Sequence record: SRR2962707_1601
Strand: one strand, 5' to 3'
DNA length: 39,147 nucleotides
In this document: one piece after another, positions 28,070 through 38,271 of the stretch
Position numbering within the stretch: position 1 is the stretch's first letter
Layout of the letters: the number at the start of each line of letters is the position of its first letter
Made by a program: the position numbers and the translations under genes
Notes under the pieces: generated by a model
Told to the model about the DNA's origin: nothing
The model's database searches: none
What the model saw: only the letters and a program-made list of their open reading frames with translations

Positions 28070-29746
28070 ATGGCAGACCCAAAGAATATACTGTTCATCA
28101 TGTTCGACCAACTGCGTTGGGATTATCTAAGTTGTTATGGTCACCCCTATTTGGAAACGCCAAATATTGACCGCTTGGCCAAGATGGGCGTGCGGTTTGA
28201 CCGGGCGTATATTCAATCTCCTATTTGCGGGTCGTCCCGAATGTCGACCTATACCGGTCGTTATGTGCACAGCCACGGCGCCAGCTGGAACGCAATTCCG
28301 CTTAAGGTCGGTGAAATGACCATGGGGGATCATCTGCGTGCCGAAGGTATGGGGTGTCATCTGGTCGGCAAAACGCACATGCGGGCAGATGCCGAAGGAA
28401 TGGCGCGGCTTGGCCTGGAACCCGATAGCTTGATTGGCGTGCGCGTGGCAGAATGCGGCTTTGACGTTTTTGAGCGCGACGACGGTATGCGCCCAGAAGG
28501 CCCCGATGGTTTGTATGACGAGGGCGGCGCGAAAACCTATAACGAATACCTAAAGGCAAAAGGGTATGAGAGCGACAACCCTTGGCACGATTTTGCAAAT
28601 TCCGGGCTGGACGACGCAGGCAATGTTTTGTCCGGGTGGTTCCTCAAAAACTCTTCAGAAGCCGCCAATATCGAAGAGGATGACAGCGAAACCCCCTACC
28701 TGACCCGACGTGGTATCGAGTTCATGGAACAGGCGACAGATCCTTGGTGTTGTCATCTGTCTTATATCAAACCGCACTGGCCCTACATTGTGCCCGAGCC
28801 CTATCACGACATGTACGGCCCGGAACATGTTGTGCCGCCTGTCCGGACCCAAGCCGAATATGACAACGCACACCCTGTCTTGCGCGCCTTTATGGACAGC
28901 CCCGTGGGCAAGGCTTTTTCCCGCGAAGAAGTGCGCACCAAGGTGATCCCGGCCTATATGGGGCTGATCAAACAATGTGACGATCAAATGGGTGTTCTGT
29001 TCAAATGGCTCGAAGACACGGGCCGCATGGAAGACACCATGATCGTGCTTACATCAGATCATGGTGATTTTCTGGGCGATCATTGGATGGGCGAAAAGAC
29101 CTTTTTCCATGACACGTCCACACGCGTCCCTTTGATCATTTACGACCCCTCAGAAAAGGCTGACGCAACCCGGGGCACCGTGAGTGACGCCTTGGTCGAA
29201 TGTATCGACTTCGCGCCGACCTTTGTCGAAGTCGCAGGCGGCAAGGTACCCGGCCACATCCTTGAAGGGCATTCGTTGTTGCCCATTCTACGAGGGGAAG
29301 CCACGGACACCCCCCGCGACTATGTCATTTGCGAATATGATTATTCCGCCTCGGGAATCGCCAAAAAGCTCGATGTAAATGTTCGGGACGGTGTCACCTT
29401 TATGGTCGCTGACAAAGAATGGAAGCTTGTACATTGCGAGGGCGGCTTTCCTCCGATCCTGTTCGATCTGGTGAACGATCCGCAAGAGCTTGTCGATCTC
29501 GGAACCAGCGAAGACCATCAAGACATCGTCGAGCAAATGTACGAAAAACTTTTCCGCTGGAGTCGACGCGTTTCACAACGGACAACTCGAACCGAAGAGC
29601 AATTGCTGGACATGCGCACCAAGGGTTCTAACCGAGGGGTCGTCTTGGGGATCTATGATGAAAATGACGCCCCGCTGAACCTCACCGTCAAATACAGAGG
29701 ACGGAAAGCGGAAAACAAAAAAGGCGGTGGCGCGAAAAAAGGCTGA
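28070..29746 (+). CDS. Sulfatase of the alkaline-phosphatase superfamily (arylsulfatase / phosphonate-monoester-hydrolase-related clade), cytoplasmic
   Basis: NILFIMFDQLR, CGSSR (FGly Cys motif variant), GKTH, KPHWP, SDHG, GEK; no signal peptide. Start 28070 or 28049. Confidence 0.88.
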   Translation: MADPKNILFIMFDQLRWDYLSCYGHPYLETPNIDRLAKMGVRFDRAYIQSPICGSSRMSTYTGRYVHSHGASWNAIPLKVGEMTMGDHLRAEGMGCHLVGKTHMRADAEGMARLGLEPDSLIGVRVAECGFDVFERDDGMRPEGPDGLYDEGGAKTYNEYLKAKGYESDNPWHDFANSGLDDAGNVLSGWFLKNSSEAANIEEDDSETPYLTRRGIEFMEQATDPWCCHLSYIKPHWPYIVPEPYHDMYGPEHVVPPVRTQAEYDNAHPVLRAFMDSPVGKAFSREEVRTKVIPAYMGLIKQCDDQMGVLFKWLEDTGRMEDTMIVLTSDHGDFLGDHWMGEKTFFHDTSTRVPLIIYDPSEKADATRGTVSDALVECIDFAPTFVEVAGGKVPGHILEGHSLLPILRGEATDTPRDYVICEYDYSASGIAKKLDVNVRDGVTFMVADKEWKLVHCEGGFPPILFDLVNDPQELVDLGTSEDHQDIVEQMYEKLFRWSRRVSQRTTRTEEQLLDMRTKGSNRGVVLGIYDENDAPLNLTVKYRGRKAENKKGGGAKKG

Positions 29747-29937
29747 ATGCAGCGCCCTGACATGCACAAGGCGAAGTGCGTGTCACATGTCTCTGTGAAC
29801 CTATGAACTTTGCAATGCGGCGGTCCAACACGGCCCTGCATTGCCTCAATTTTGCCAATTTCTGACTGTATATATGCCTTGTTCTTTGGACCTCGATCCA
29901 ATTCCCGGGTACTTTAGTTTCTCTAAGGGGCATGTAA

Positions 29938-30291
29938 ATGCTGCGTTTTTTAACAATCTCCGCCCTGTTGGCGCTGTTCTCCGCCTCTCCTGTTCTTGCG
30001 GCAGAACATACCGTTCGCTTTGTCGGGAACGGCTTTTTCCCAAATCTGAACTACGTCGCGCCAAACGACACGATCCGCTTTGTTAACGGCACCCGTTATT
30101 CATCCTATATTTCGTTTCTCGGAAGGTCGTACGAGCTTCGCTCTAATGCGTCGCGGACCTTTGATTTACGCGGATACTCTGGAACATTGACCGCTCAGGG
30201 TCGGTCCGGACGGCGCTGGTCCGGAAACACTGCTCGTATCTTGATCGGGCAGGACGCACCGGTCTGGTCAAATCGTCGCGTTCCGGACTGA
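29938..30291 (+). CDS. Small secreted protein with cupredoxin-like N-terminal strands
   Basis: Signal peptide ending SPVLA/AEH; HTVRF..GFFP....VAPNDTIRFVN pattern; fills the gap between two solid genes. Confidence 0.65.
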   Translation: MLRFLTISALLALFSASPVLAAEHTVRFVGNGFFPNLNYVAPNDTIRFVNGTRYSSYISFLGRSYELRSNASRTFDLRGYSGTLTAQGRSGRRWSGNTARILIGQDAPVWSNRRVPD

Positions 30292-30298
30292 TACCAGC

Positions 30299-30961
30299 TC
30301 ACGACATCGGCTCAATCAGCTGCGCCCCACTGGCCCTGTTCGAATTCACCTCGGTGTTGACCCGGTGAAATGTCAAAGCATCATCTGACGCCGCTGTCAT
30401 AAGTCGGGCGGCCCCATGCCCCGCTTCACCTAGCCACAATGGCCACTGATTTGGCGCGACGATCACAGGCATTCGGTGATGGATTTTTGACATGAACGCA
30501 TTCGCCCCAGTTGTGACAATTGCGCATGTGCGAAGCGTTTCACCCTCCAGCGTCCAATCCTGCCAAATCCCCGCCATCGCCAGAATGCCTCGGTCTTTTT
30601 CCTGAATAAACCAGGGCAGCCTGTTGCCGTCGGTGTCTTTGGTCCATTCATAAAAACCAGATACAGGAATAAGGCACCGTCTTTCACGACAGGCCGCCTT
30701 GAACGCTGGCTTGTCGGCAATTGTCTCGGCCCTTGCGTTGATCAACAACGGCCCACCATTGGGTGCCTTGTACCAGTTAGGTATAAAACTCCACCGCATT
30801 GCCACCAATTTGCGCTGCCCCGCTTCCGAACGCACAACATGAACTTGCGTCGTTGGGCATACGTTGAAATTTGGGACTTCTGGCAAATCATTAGTCGGCG
30901 CGGCGTTGAACAGCTGCGCCATCGCATCATTCGGTAAGGTGATCGCAAATCTTCCGCACAT
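30299..30961 (-). CDS. SOS response-associated peptidase (SRAP; YedK/HMCES family abasic-site-protecting protein)
   Basis: N-terminal MCGRF (catalytic Cys2), FNVCPT, LINARAET, RCLIPVSGFYEW, IHHRMP. Confidence 0.94.
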   Translation of the reverse strand: MCGRFAITLPNDAMAQLFNAAPTNDLPEVPNFNVCPTTQVHVVRSEAGQRKLVAMRWSFIPNWYKAPNGGPLLINARAETIADKPAFKAACRERRCLIPVSGFYEWTKDTDGNRLPWFIQEKDRGILAMAGIWQDWTLEGETLRTCAIVTTGANAFMSKIHHRMPVIVAPNQWPLWLGEAGHGAARLMTAASDDALTFHRVNTEVNSNRASGAQLIEPMS

Positions 30962-31150
30962 TCCTTAACCTAACGCTGTGGCATTATGTTTGGAAGTGGT
31001 GCCATGTCGGCTGGTGCCCGAGGCAACCGCAGCGCAATGCATCTTTCCTAACAGTAGAGTTGCGTAGCTCTTTTTATACGTACCGGAACGCGCCCTGATA
31101 AGGACTTTGCGGATCAGCTGAACCTGTCAGCGGGGCCACCCCACGTGCTC

Positions 31151-31187
31151 AAAACAAAAAAGGTCGCCGGAATGAACCAGCGACCCC
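31151..31187 (-). terminator. Intrinsic terminator of the 5'-nucleotidase gene
   Basis: On the minus strand GGTCGCTGG-TTCATT-CCGGCGACC followed by TTTTTTGTTTT. Confidence 0.8.
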
Positions 31188-31208
31188 CTAAAGCTGCAAT
31201 CTTATCGA

Positions 31209-32768
31209 TTACTTCACGTTAATACGGCCGTCAGTGTACGGCGCATAAGGCGCTTTTTCTGCCAGATATTCAGCGGTAACATCCGCCAAATCTGGGCCAA
31301 AGTCATAAGCGTTCATGGCATCGCGGAACATCTTGTACCCGTCTCCGCCATTGCGCACGTAGTTGTTTGAAACCACGCTGTAGACTTTTTCCAGATCAAT
31401 TGGCGCACCGCCAACCATAACGTCGCTGACGCGCTCACCCGCTGGTTTGCTTGCGTCAAAGCCAAAGCTCATGCCCGCGACCTGAGGGAAACGACCAGCG
31501 CCTTCCTCAACTTGGCTGACACCGTTTTCCAAAGCGGCAACCATCGTTGCGCCCGTCACCTGGAAGGTCGACAATGTGTTTTGGAACGGCAAGACTGTCA
31601 GGACTTCGCCCATTGTTACGTCGCCAGCATCAATCGACGCGCGAATGCCGCCACCGTTCTGAATGGCGATTTCAACACCTTGATCTGCCACACGTTCCAA
31701 CATCGCATCAGCAATCAAGTTACCCATAGAGCATTCCATCGCACGGCAAACCGAACGATCCCCACCGATTTCAACATCCGTGAATGCAACAACTTTGCTG
31801 CGGATCTCTTCCAATGGTGCAGCTGCCTCAGCGATGCGGGCAACCGTGGCCGCATCTTCCATCACAGCCGCGTCCATGACGATCGGCTCGCCAGTCGCTT
31901 CGACGATATTACCCGCGTCATCAAAGGTGACGTTCAGCTCGCCTAGGAATTTCCCGTAGGCATAGGCTTGAACAATCGCTGTATCCCCAACCATCGTTGG
32001 ATAGGCGCCCTGCGCCCTGTCAGACGTGTTGGACAGGTATGTGTTTGAGTGACCGCCAACGATAATATCAACACCCGTCGTGGCCGCGGCAACGCGTTGG
32101 TCCACGGCAAAACCAGAGTGTGACAACACGATGATCTTGTTCACGCCTTCTGCTGTCAGCTTGTCCACTTCACCCTGAACTGCCTCAGCTGGATCCATGA
32201 AGATCACGTTTGGACCGGGGCTGGCCAATTCATCAGTGTCTTGTGGCGTCAGGCCAATCAGACCGAGCTTTTCGCCGCCGCGTTCGATAACTGTCGACTT
32301 TGCCAGCTTTCCGGCCAGCAGCGCTTCGCCGCTCACATCCGCATTGGACATCAGCACTGGGAAATTTACAGCTTCCATGAAACCGGCCAGAACTTCTGGG
32401 CCATCGTCAAACTCGTGGTTGCCCACGGTCATGGCGTCGTAACCCAGCTTGTTCATCATTTCAGCGGCAAGCTTACCCTTGTAATAGGTGTAAAACAGCG
32501 TGCCTTGGAACTGATCGCCCCCATCCACCAGGATCGAGTTGTTGCTGCGGGCCCGTGCATCCGCCACAGCAGAGACAAGCCGTGCCGATCCGCCAAAACA
32601 TTTGCCTTCCGCATTGCTCTCGGACGAACAACCGGAATCGTATTTGCTTATGGGTTCAAAGCGGGCATGAAAGTCATTGGTGTGCAGAACAGTCAGCGAA
32701 TAATCCGCGCTGGCAATTCCTGCAGTTAAAGTCAGCGCCGCAGCGCTGGCGAGAAGGCGAACAGACAT
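31209..32768 (-). CDS. Periplasmic 5'-nucleotidase / UDP-sugar hydrolase (UshA family)
   Basis: Signal peptide; LHTNDFH, DGGDQFQG, GNHEFD, LSH, GGHSN; C-terminal domain NGGGIR, LPFQN, GGDGY. Confidence 0.93.
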   Translation of the reverse strand: MSVRLLASAAALTLTAGIASADYSLTVLHTNDFHARFEPISKYDSGCSSESNAEGKCFGGSARLVSAVADARARSNNSILVDGGDQFQGTLFYTYYKGKLAAEMMNKLGYDAMTVGNHEFDDGPEVLAGFMEAVNFPVLMSNADVSGEALLAGKLAKSTVIERGGEKLGLIGLTPQDTDELASPGPNVIFMDPAEAVQGEVDKLTAEGVNKIIVLSHSGFAVDQRVAAATTGVDIIVGGHSNTYLSNTSDRAQGAYPTMVGDTAIVQAYAYGKFLGELNVTFDDAGNIVEATGEPIVMDAAVMEDAATVARIAEAAAPLEEIRSKVVAFTDVEIGGDRSVCRAMECSMGNLIADAMLERVADQGVEIAIQNGGGIRASIDAGDVTMGEVLTVLPFQNTLSTFQVTGATMVAALENGVSQVEEGAGRFPQVAGMSFGFDASKPAGERVSDVMVGGAPIDLEKVYSVVSNNYVRNGGDGYKMFRDAMNAYDFGPDLADVTAEYLAEKAPYAPYTDGRINVK

Positions 32769-33151
32769 CGGTAATCCTCTCCGTCGGTTATTGTTATCGC
32801 AAGATGGTGCATCGCGAACGGCAGTGAGTCAAAGCCTACCGTAGCGGAAGTGCCGCTCAGCACTGATTTAGGTTTGAATTGTAATCATTTTATATATCGG
32901 ACTGCCGTTTCCACGGGGCAGTTAACATGCGAGCTGCCATGTCGTGACCGTGTCACTCTGTGACATTGCCGCATTCACACCGGGTTGGCGACGTAGCAGC
33001 GATCACTCATTGGGGGTCATGTGATTGTTGCGGCCACGGCCTGTGCAATTAACCCATTTATCCAAAAAACGATTGTCACATTTGCTATGGCACCCCATTT
33101 TACGTCCGTGATCCGCTTGACGCCTCTGGCGAAGGACGGCATCACACGGCC

Positions 33152-33490
33152 ATGCTGATATACAAAATCCTTCGCGCCGATGAATGGGCGTCTCTTCAAG
33201 CCAGGGCTGAAATCCAGGGCGCCCCTGTCGACATAGCCGATGGCTTTGTGCATTTCTCAACCGCCAAGCAAGCCCGTGAAACCGTCGCCAAGCACTTTTC
33301 AGGGGCTGAAGGTCTGGTACTTCTCGCCTTGGATGCCGAGTCCTTGGGGCAGGATCTCAAATGGGAACCCTCGCGCGGGGGGGCGCTATTCCCTCATCTT
33401 TACGGCCCATTGCGACTATCGGATGTTCTATGGCATGCGCCGCTGCCTCTCATAGAAGACACACATGCATTCCCTGAGGACATGAAATGA
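33152..33490 (+). CDS. DUF952 family protein
   Basis: [30 protein letters not shown]. Confidence 0.88.
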   Translation: MLIYKILRADEWASLQARAEIQGAPVDIADGFVHFSTAKQARETVAKHFSGAEGLVLLALDAESLGQDLKWEPSRGGALFPHLYGPLRLSDVLWHAPLPLIEDTHAFPEDMK

Positions 33491-34545
33491 AGATTATTGA
33501 ACAACTTGGCCTCAAGGTTCTCCACCGATTTGACCCGGAACAGGCACACGGGCTAGCCCTCAAAGCGGTCCAGGCCGGTGTTGCAACCGCGCCGGGCCTT
33601 CTAAGTTCTGAGCGGCTTCGCTGTTCTGTTGCTGGCCTTCCCTTGGCGAACCCTTTGGGCCTCGCGGCTGGCTTTGACAAAAATGCGGTTGCGCTAAGTG
33701 GCCTGTCCCGGGCCGGGTTTGGGTTTATCGAAGTTGGCGCCGCGACGCCGCGCCCTCAAGAGGGCAACCCCCGCCCCCGTCTCTTCCGCCTTACCGAGGA
33801 TCGCGCTGCGATTAACCGCTTTGGCTTTAACAACCAAGGCATGGAGCCCATTGCGACTCGCTTGGCTCAACGCCCGCGGGACGCCGTGATTGGTCTGAAT
33901 TTGGGGGCGAACAAAGACAGCGAAGACCGCGCAGCCGATTTTGCCAAAGTGCTGACCTATTGCGGTGCTCATCTCGACTTTGCCACGGTGAATGTCAGTT
34001 CACCCAACACAGAGCGTTTGCGCGACCTGCAAGGCAAAGAGGCCTTGGCCGGTCTCTTGGCTGGCGTGATCGAGGCGCGCGACATGTTGGACAAGAAGAT
34101 CCCAATCTTCCTGAAGATCGCACCGGATCTGGACAGTCAGGGCCTGACGGACGTTGCCGACGTGGCCTTGGCCAGTGGCGTTTCTGGTATTATCGCCACC
34201 AACACAACATTGGACCGAACCGGCCTATTGTCGGCTCAGGCCGGCGAAACGGGCGGACTTTCGGGCGCCCCATTGTTTGACAAGTCGACCCGTGTTTTGG
34301 CGAAACTCGCCGTACTGACAGACGCAAAGATCCCCCTGATCGGCGTCGGTGGTGTCGGCAGTGCAGAACAAGCCTACCAGAAAATCCGGGCTGGGGCTTC
34401 GGCGGTACAACTTTACACGGCCTTGGTTTACGGTGGCTTGTCATTGGTGCAGGAAATCGTTGAAGGCTTGGATCAATTGCTGGCGCGTGACGGCTTTGCC
34501 AATGTTTCTGTCGCTGTCGGCACAGGAATTAAGGACTGGACATGA
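33487..34545 (+). CDS. pyrD: Quinone-dependent dihydroorotate dehydrogenase (class 2)
   Basis: [59 protein letters not shown]. Confidence 0.96.
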   Translation: MKIIEQLGLKVLHRFDPEQAHGLALKAVQAGVATAPGLLSSERLRCSVAGLPLANPLGLAAGFDKNAVALSGLSRAGFGFIEVGAATPRPQEGNPRPRLFRLTEDRAAINRFGFNNQGMEPIATRLAQRPRDAVIGLNLGANKDSEDRAADFAKVLTYCGAHLDFATVNVSSPNTERLRDLQGKEALAGLLAGVIEARDMLDKKIPIFLKIAPDLDSQGLTDVADVALASGVSGIIATNTTLDRTGLLSAQAGETGGLSGAPLFDKSTRVLAKLAVLTDAKIPLIGVGGVGSAEQAYQKIRAGASAVQLYTALVYGGLSLVQEIVEGLDQLLARDGFANVSVAVGTGIKDWT

Positions 34546-34883
34546 TCACCATCTGGCACAATCCGCGCTGTTCAAAATCACGTCAGGCTTTGGCGCTTTT
34601 GCAGGATGCAAGGGTCGAATTTTCCGAGCGCCGCTATCTTGATGACGCCCCCTCTTTGGAAGAATTGACCAAAGCGCAACAGTCTCTGGGGCTCGCGGCC
34701 ATAGATATGATGCGCACGAAGGAAGCGGTCTTCAAAGAACTGAAGCTGTCCAAAGACATACCAGACACCGATCTGTTGACCGCCATGGCCGCTCATCCGA
34801 AACTGATCGAACGCCCTGTCGTGTTTAACGGCGACAAAGCGATTATCGCGCGGCCTCCTGAACGGATCTCTGAGGTTCTGTAA
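34542..34883 (+). CDS. arsC: ArsC family (glutaredoxin-type arsenate reductase-like) protein
   Basis: [23 protein letters not shown]. Confidence 0.82.
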   Translation: MITIWHNPRCSKSRQALALLQDARVEFSERRYLDDAPSLEELTKAQQSLGLAAIDMMRTKEAVFKELKLSKDIPDTDLLTAMAAHPKLIERPVVFNGDKAIIARPPERISEVL

Positions 34884-36222
34884 CGGTGTCTGCCGCCCCC
34901 TCGCGTGCCGCCGCACGCTCTAACGCCGGATAACGCAGAGCAAGGGTCAAGCCCCGGACCGTGAAGGAAATCAGCAACGCTGCCCAGAGGCCATGATTGC
35001 CAAAGCTTGGCACCAATAGAACAACGGCCACCACATAGGTCAAAAAGCTGATTGCCATCATATTGCGCATATCCGCGCCACGGGTCGCGCCAATAAAGAT
35101 GCCATCAAACATCCAGGCCGCCAGACCAAGAATGGGGGCCGCCACCATATAGGGCAGATAGACTCGCGCTTCGGCCTGAACAGCAGGTACATCGGCCATA
35201 AGGTCGATTAGAATACCTCCCGCCAAAAAGAAGCCTGCTGCCATTATAAGATTTGCCAGGGCACCCCAGAAAAACGTTAGGCGAACCGCCCGTCGGACCT
35301 TGTGAACCGCGCCGGCGCCAAAGGCCTGACCGACCAGAGCTTCGGCCGCAAAGGCAATACCATCCATGGCATAGGCGGTGATGTACAGGAATTGCTGCAA
35401 CACCTGATTGGCAGCCAAAGTGACATCGCCGAAATCAGACGCCAAAAACACAAACGACACGAAAATCGCCTGCAACAGCAGAGAGCGGATCAAAATATCC
35501 GTGTTGACCCGCGCCATGCGCAATAGTCGGATACGATCCAGAACCCGAGACCAATTGCGCCACTCCGGTCCCTGAAACGCTCCACGACATAGCCAAAGCC
35601 CTAAGGCCAAACCGGTCCATTCAGAAATGGCTGTGGCATATGCCACCCCATCGACACCCCAGCCAAATTGCAAAACGAAAAGGAAATCCAAACCGATATT
35701 AAGGCCATTCATCCACAGTTGAAGTAATAGAACCGCGCGTGTGCGTTCCTGGGCAATCAGCCAACCTGTCACCCCATAAAGCGCAATCGCTGCCGGGGCA
35801 GACCATATCCGTATCGACATGTAGCTTTCGGCCAAGGTCTCGACCTCTTCGCTGGCCGGAGCCAGTTGAAAGGCAGACCAAAACAAGGCGTTTTGCAGCA
35901 CGATACCTGCAAAACCAGCCGCCAATCCCAGTAGCAACACCCGTGTCAAAAGGGCAGAAACCTCGGCCGGATTTCTTTGTCCAATGGCCTGCGCCACCAG
36001 ACCCGTGGTACCCATACGTAGAAAGCCAAAGACCCAATAAGCAGCAGAAAGAATGATGGCCCCAAGCCCAACAGCCCCAATCGGGGCGGCTTGGCCCATT
36101 TGGCCAATCACACCCGTGTCCACCGCACCGAGTAGCGGAACCGTGGCATTCGACAAGACAATGGGAGCCGCAATCGCCAACACACGGCGATGCGTTAATG
36201 GTCGTTCCGTGTCAGCCATCAC
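34843..36222 (-). CDS. MATE family efflux transporter (DinF-like)
   Basis: PLLGAVDT, FGFLRMGTTG, NIGLD, AMDG, FDGIFIG; multiple TM segments. Confidence 0.92.
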   Translation of the reverse strand: MMADTERPLTHRRVLAIAAPIVLSNATVPLLGAVDTGVIGQMGQAAPIGAVGLGAIILSAAYWVFGFLRMGTTGLVAQAIGQRNPAEVSALLTRVLLLGLAAGFAGIVLQNALFWSAFQLAPASEEVETLAESYMSIRIWSAPAAIALYGVTGWLIAQERTRAVLLLQLWMNGLNIGLDFLFVLQFGWGVDGVAYATAISEWTGLALGLWLCRGAFQGPEWRNWSRVLDRIRLLRMARVNTDILIRSLLLQAIFVSFVFLASDFGDVTLAANQVLQQFLYITAYAMDGIAFAAEALVGQAFGAGAVHKVRRAVRLTFFWGALANLIMAAGFFLAGGILIDLMADVPAVQAEARVYLPYMVAAPILGLAAWMFDGIFIGATRGADMRNMMAISFLTYVVAVVLLVPSFGNHGLWAALLISFTVRGLTLALRYPALERAAAREGAADTVTEPQRSVQEAAR

Positions 36223-36721
36223 GACGCGGCATCAGAAAATGACCCGTGGCCTGAGCAATTGGCCTGTCACGGTTGTCCTGCCAGGCCTCGATTTGAACGC
36301 TGGCGTAACGCCGCCCCGACCGGGTTACATGCGCCCGCGCATAAGCATCCCGTGGCAAACCTGACCGCAGGTAGTCGACCGTAAAATCAATCGTCTTGGG
36401 CATGCGCAACAGATCGCCTGCGCGCAATGCCTCTATGTCGACGGTTCCGGCTTCGAAGTCTTCCCACAGCATTGACCACGTCAGGCTGATAATCCCAGTG
36501 ACTTCGAGAAAGGCCGCAGTCACACCACCATGGATCGCAGGCAATTCTGAATTACCGATTAACTTCTGATCGAAACTCAGTACGGCGGTCAGCTCATCAC
36601 CGCGGCGGTCAAAAGTAATCCCAAGGAACTGGATGTAAGGCACACCATCCACCAAGGCGCGTAAAGCGGAATCCCGGCGCTGCTTGACGACCTGGACGGG
36701 TTCCGGGGGTCTACGCATCAT
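36212..36721 (-). CDS. PaaI-family hotdog thioesterase
   Basis: LIGN..LPAIHGG, TIDFTVDYLR, ATGHF. Confidence 0.88.
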   Translation of the reverse strand: MMRRPPEPVQVVKQRRDSALRALVDGVPYIQFLGITFDRRGDELTAVLSFDQKLIGNSELPAIHGGVTAAFLEVTGIISLTWSMLWEDFEAGTVDIEALRAGDLLRMPKTIDFTVDYLRSGLPRDAYARAHVTRSGRRYASVQIEAWQDNRDRPIAQATGHFLMPRRDG

Positions 36722-36722
36722 C

Positions 36723-37145
36723 TTATGCTCCCGCCACAGTAAAGGCGCCGGTTGCGCAAGCTACAGGATTATCGGTGTCATCATCACAAGCCGTAGCCCG
36801 AACAAACGCGATGGACTTCGTGATGTGGTAGCATTCGGCCCGAGCCACAATCGTTTGGCCGGGCGTTGCCGTCCGCATGTAATCAATGCGCAGATCCAAA
36901 GTGGATGTCATTGCAGGCGAGTCTGGGTGGCACATAACAGCCGCACCGCTACAGGTGTCCATCAAGGTTGAAACTGCCCCGCCGTGCACGACTCCGGTTT
37001 TGGGGTCGCCCACCAAACTTTTACTGTAAGGCAGATGAACAACAGCCACACCGGCTTTCATCATTTCAACTTCTAACCCCAACGCCCGAGATTGCGGCAT
37101 GCTGTTAATGAATTCTTGAGCAACTGTCTGTTTGTCCGGCGTCAT
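36723..37145 (-). CDS. PaaI-family hotdog thioesterase
   Basis: LVGDPKTGVVHGGAVSTLMDT, TLDLRIDYMR, ATGAF. Start placed at ATG 37145 with GAGG RBS. Confidence 0.88.
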   Translation of the reverse strand: MTPDKQTVAQEFINSMPQSRALGLEVEMMKAGVAVVHLPYSKSLVGDPKTGVVHGGAVSTLMDTCSGAAVMCHPDSPAMTSTLDLRIDYMRTATPGQTIVARAECYHITKSIAFVRATACDDDTDNPVACATGAFTVAGA

Positions 37146-37256
37146 ACCATACCTCGCGATTGCTTTCTTTATGCTCAGCAAAACGCGTGAGCTGCAACCC
37201 ATGGTGTTGCCCTTCCTGATCTGAAGTCCTACGTTTCGCTCAAGGAGCCCGCACCG

Positions 37257-37628
37257 ATGACCGAGACCAAACTAAGCTTCAAAGAAATGTGTGCAAAGTT
37301 CGAAGTCACACCAAGAACCTTGCGCTATTACGAGTATATTGAGCTTTTGGAGCCCGAGCGCGTGGGACGTTCCCGATTCTACGGGGCACGCGAATGCGCA
37401 CGTATGACTTTGGTACGCCGGGGGCGCAAATTTGGTTTTCAGCTCGAAGAAATCCGTCAATGGTTGCTAATCTACGAAAATGAGGGCACCGAAGCCCAGA
37501 TGAAAGCATGGATTAATATGGCTGATCGACAAATTGTCGAATTGACAGAGCAGCGTCAGCAAATCGACGAAGCCTTGTCGGAACTTAAAACGCTTCGCGC
37601 CCAAGTGTCTGATTCGGTCACGTCTTAA
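37257..37628 (+). CDS. MerR family regulator (LiuR-like)
   Basis: [30 protein letters not shown]-terminal coiled coil; RBS AAGGAG. Confidence 0.9.
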   Translation: MTETKLSFKEMCAKFEVTPRTLRYYEYIELLEPERVGRSRFYGARECARMTLVRRGRKFGFQLEEIRQWLLIYENEGTEAQMKAWINMADRQIVELTEQRQQIDEALSELKTLRAQVSDSVTS

Positions 37629-37719
37629 ACCACTATTTCGCGGCCGGTTGTCGGAATAGCACCGACGAAACACACATATCCTTGTAAGAATATTTCGTAA
37701 ATCTCAATTTACGCACATT

Positions 37720-37766
37720 GATCTTACGTCAACCTCAAAGTGACGCGACGTATGAGTTACGTAAGC
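37720..37766. promoter_or_regulatory. Candidate LiuR-type operator(s)
   Basis: TTACGTCAACCTCAA (37724-37738) resembles the TTACGT-N-AACGTAA-type LiuR palindrome; further ACGT cores include TTACGTAA (37757-37764). Confidence 0.5.
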
Positions 37767-37841
37767 CAAAATTCCCATTGTATGATTTTACCGAATGATC
37801 ATTTTTTGCCCCACCACGATAAGAAAGGGGCTGAATAAGCT

Positions 37842-38246
37842 ATGACTGAAGACCGATTAATGACGATCCGTGAAATGTGCGACGTGTTCGAAGTCACACC
37901 GCGCACACTCAGGTTCTACGAAAGCAAAGAACTGATTTTTCCGGTCCGCGAAGGACAAAAACGTCTGTTCTCCAAAAGAGATCGCGCGCGCTTGAAACTT
38001 ATCCTGCGTGGCAAACGATTTGGCTTCAGTCTGGAAGACATTCGTCAATTGCTGGATCTCTACCACATGGGTGACCAACAACAAACTCAGATCACACGCA
38101 CTTACGACATTGCAACCCAGCGACTGGCAGCAATGGAACAACAGCGCGACGAACTAAATACTGCGATTGAAGAGCTGAAAGAACAAATGAAGTGGGGAGC
38201 GAAGATGATCGCTTCGTCCAGCAAAATCAACAAGGCTGCGGAATAA
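37842..38246 (+). CDS. MerR family regulator (LiuR-like)
   Basis: [39 protein letters not shown]. Confidence 0.92.
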   Translation: MTEDRLMTIREMCDVFEVTPRTLRFYESKELIFPVREGQKRLFSKRDRARLKLILRGKRFGFSLEDIRQLLDLYHMGDQQQTQITRTYDIATQRLAAMEQQRDELNTAIEELKEQMKWGAKMIASSSKINKAAE

Positions 38247-38271
38247 GCGCAGCCTCACAAAGGAGCGCAAC

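Noticed and set aside
30299-30961. SRAP gene as a marker of a prophage or mutagenesis cassette
   Set aside because: No phage, integrase, umu or imu genes nearby; it appears to be a solitary chromosomal copy.
30962-31150. Possible riboswitch or sRNA (contains TGAACCTG, reminiscent of the TPP aptamer)
   Set aside because: The other TPP elements are missing and the orientation is opposite to the flanking genes; unsupported without a covariance-model search.
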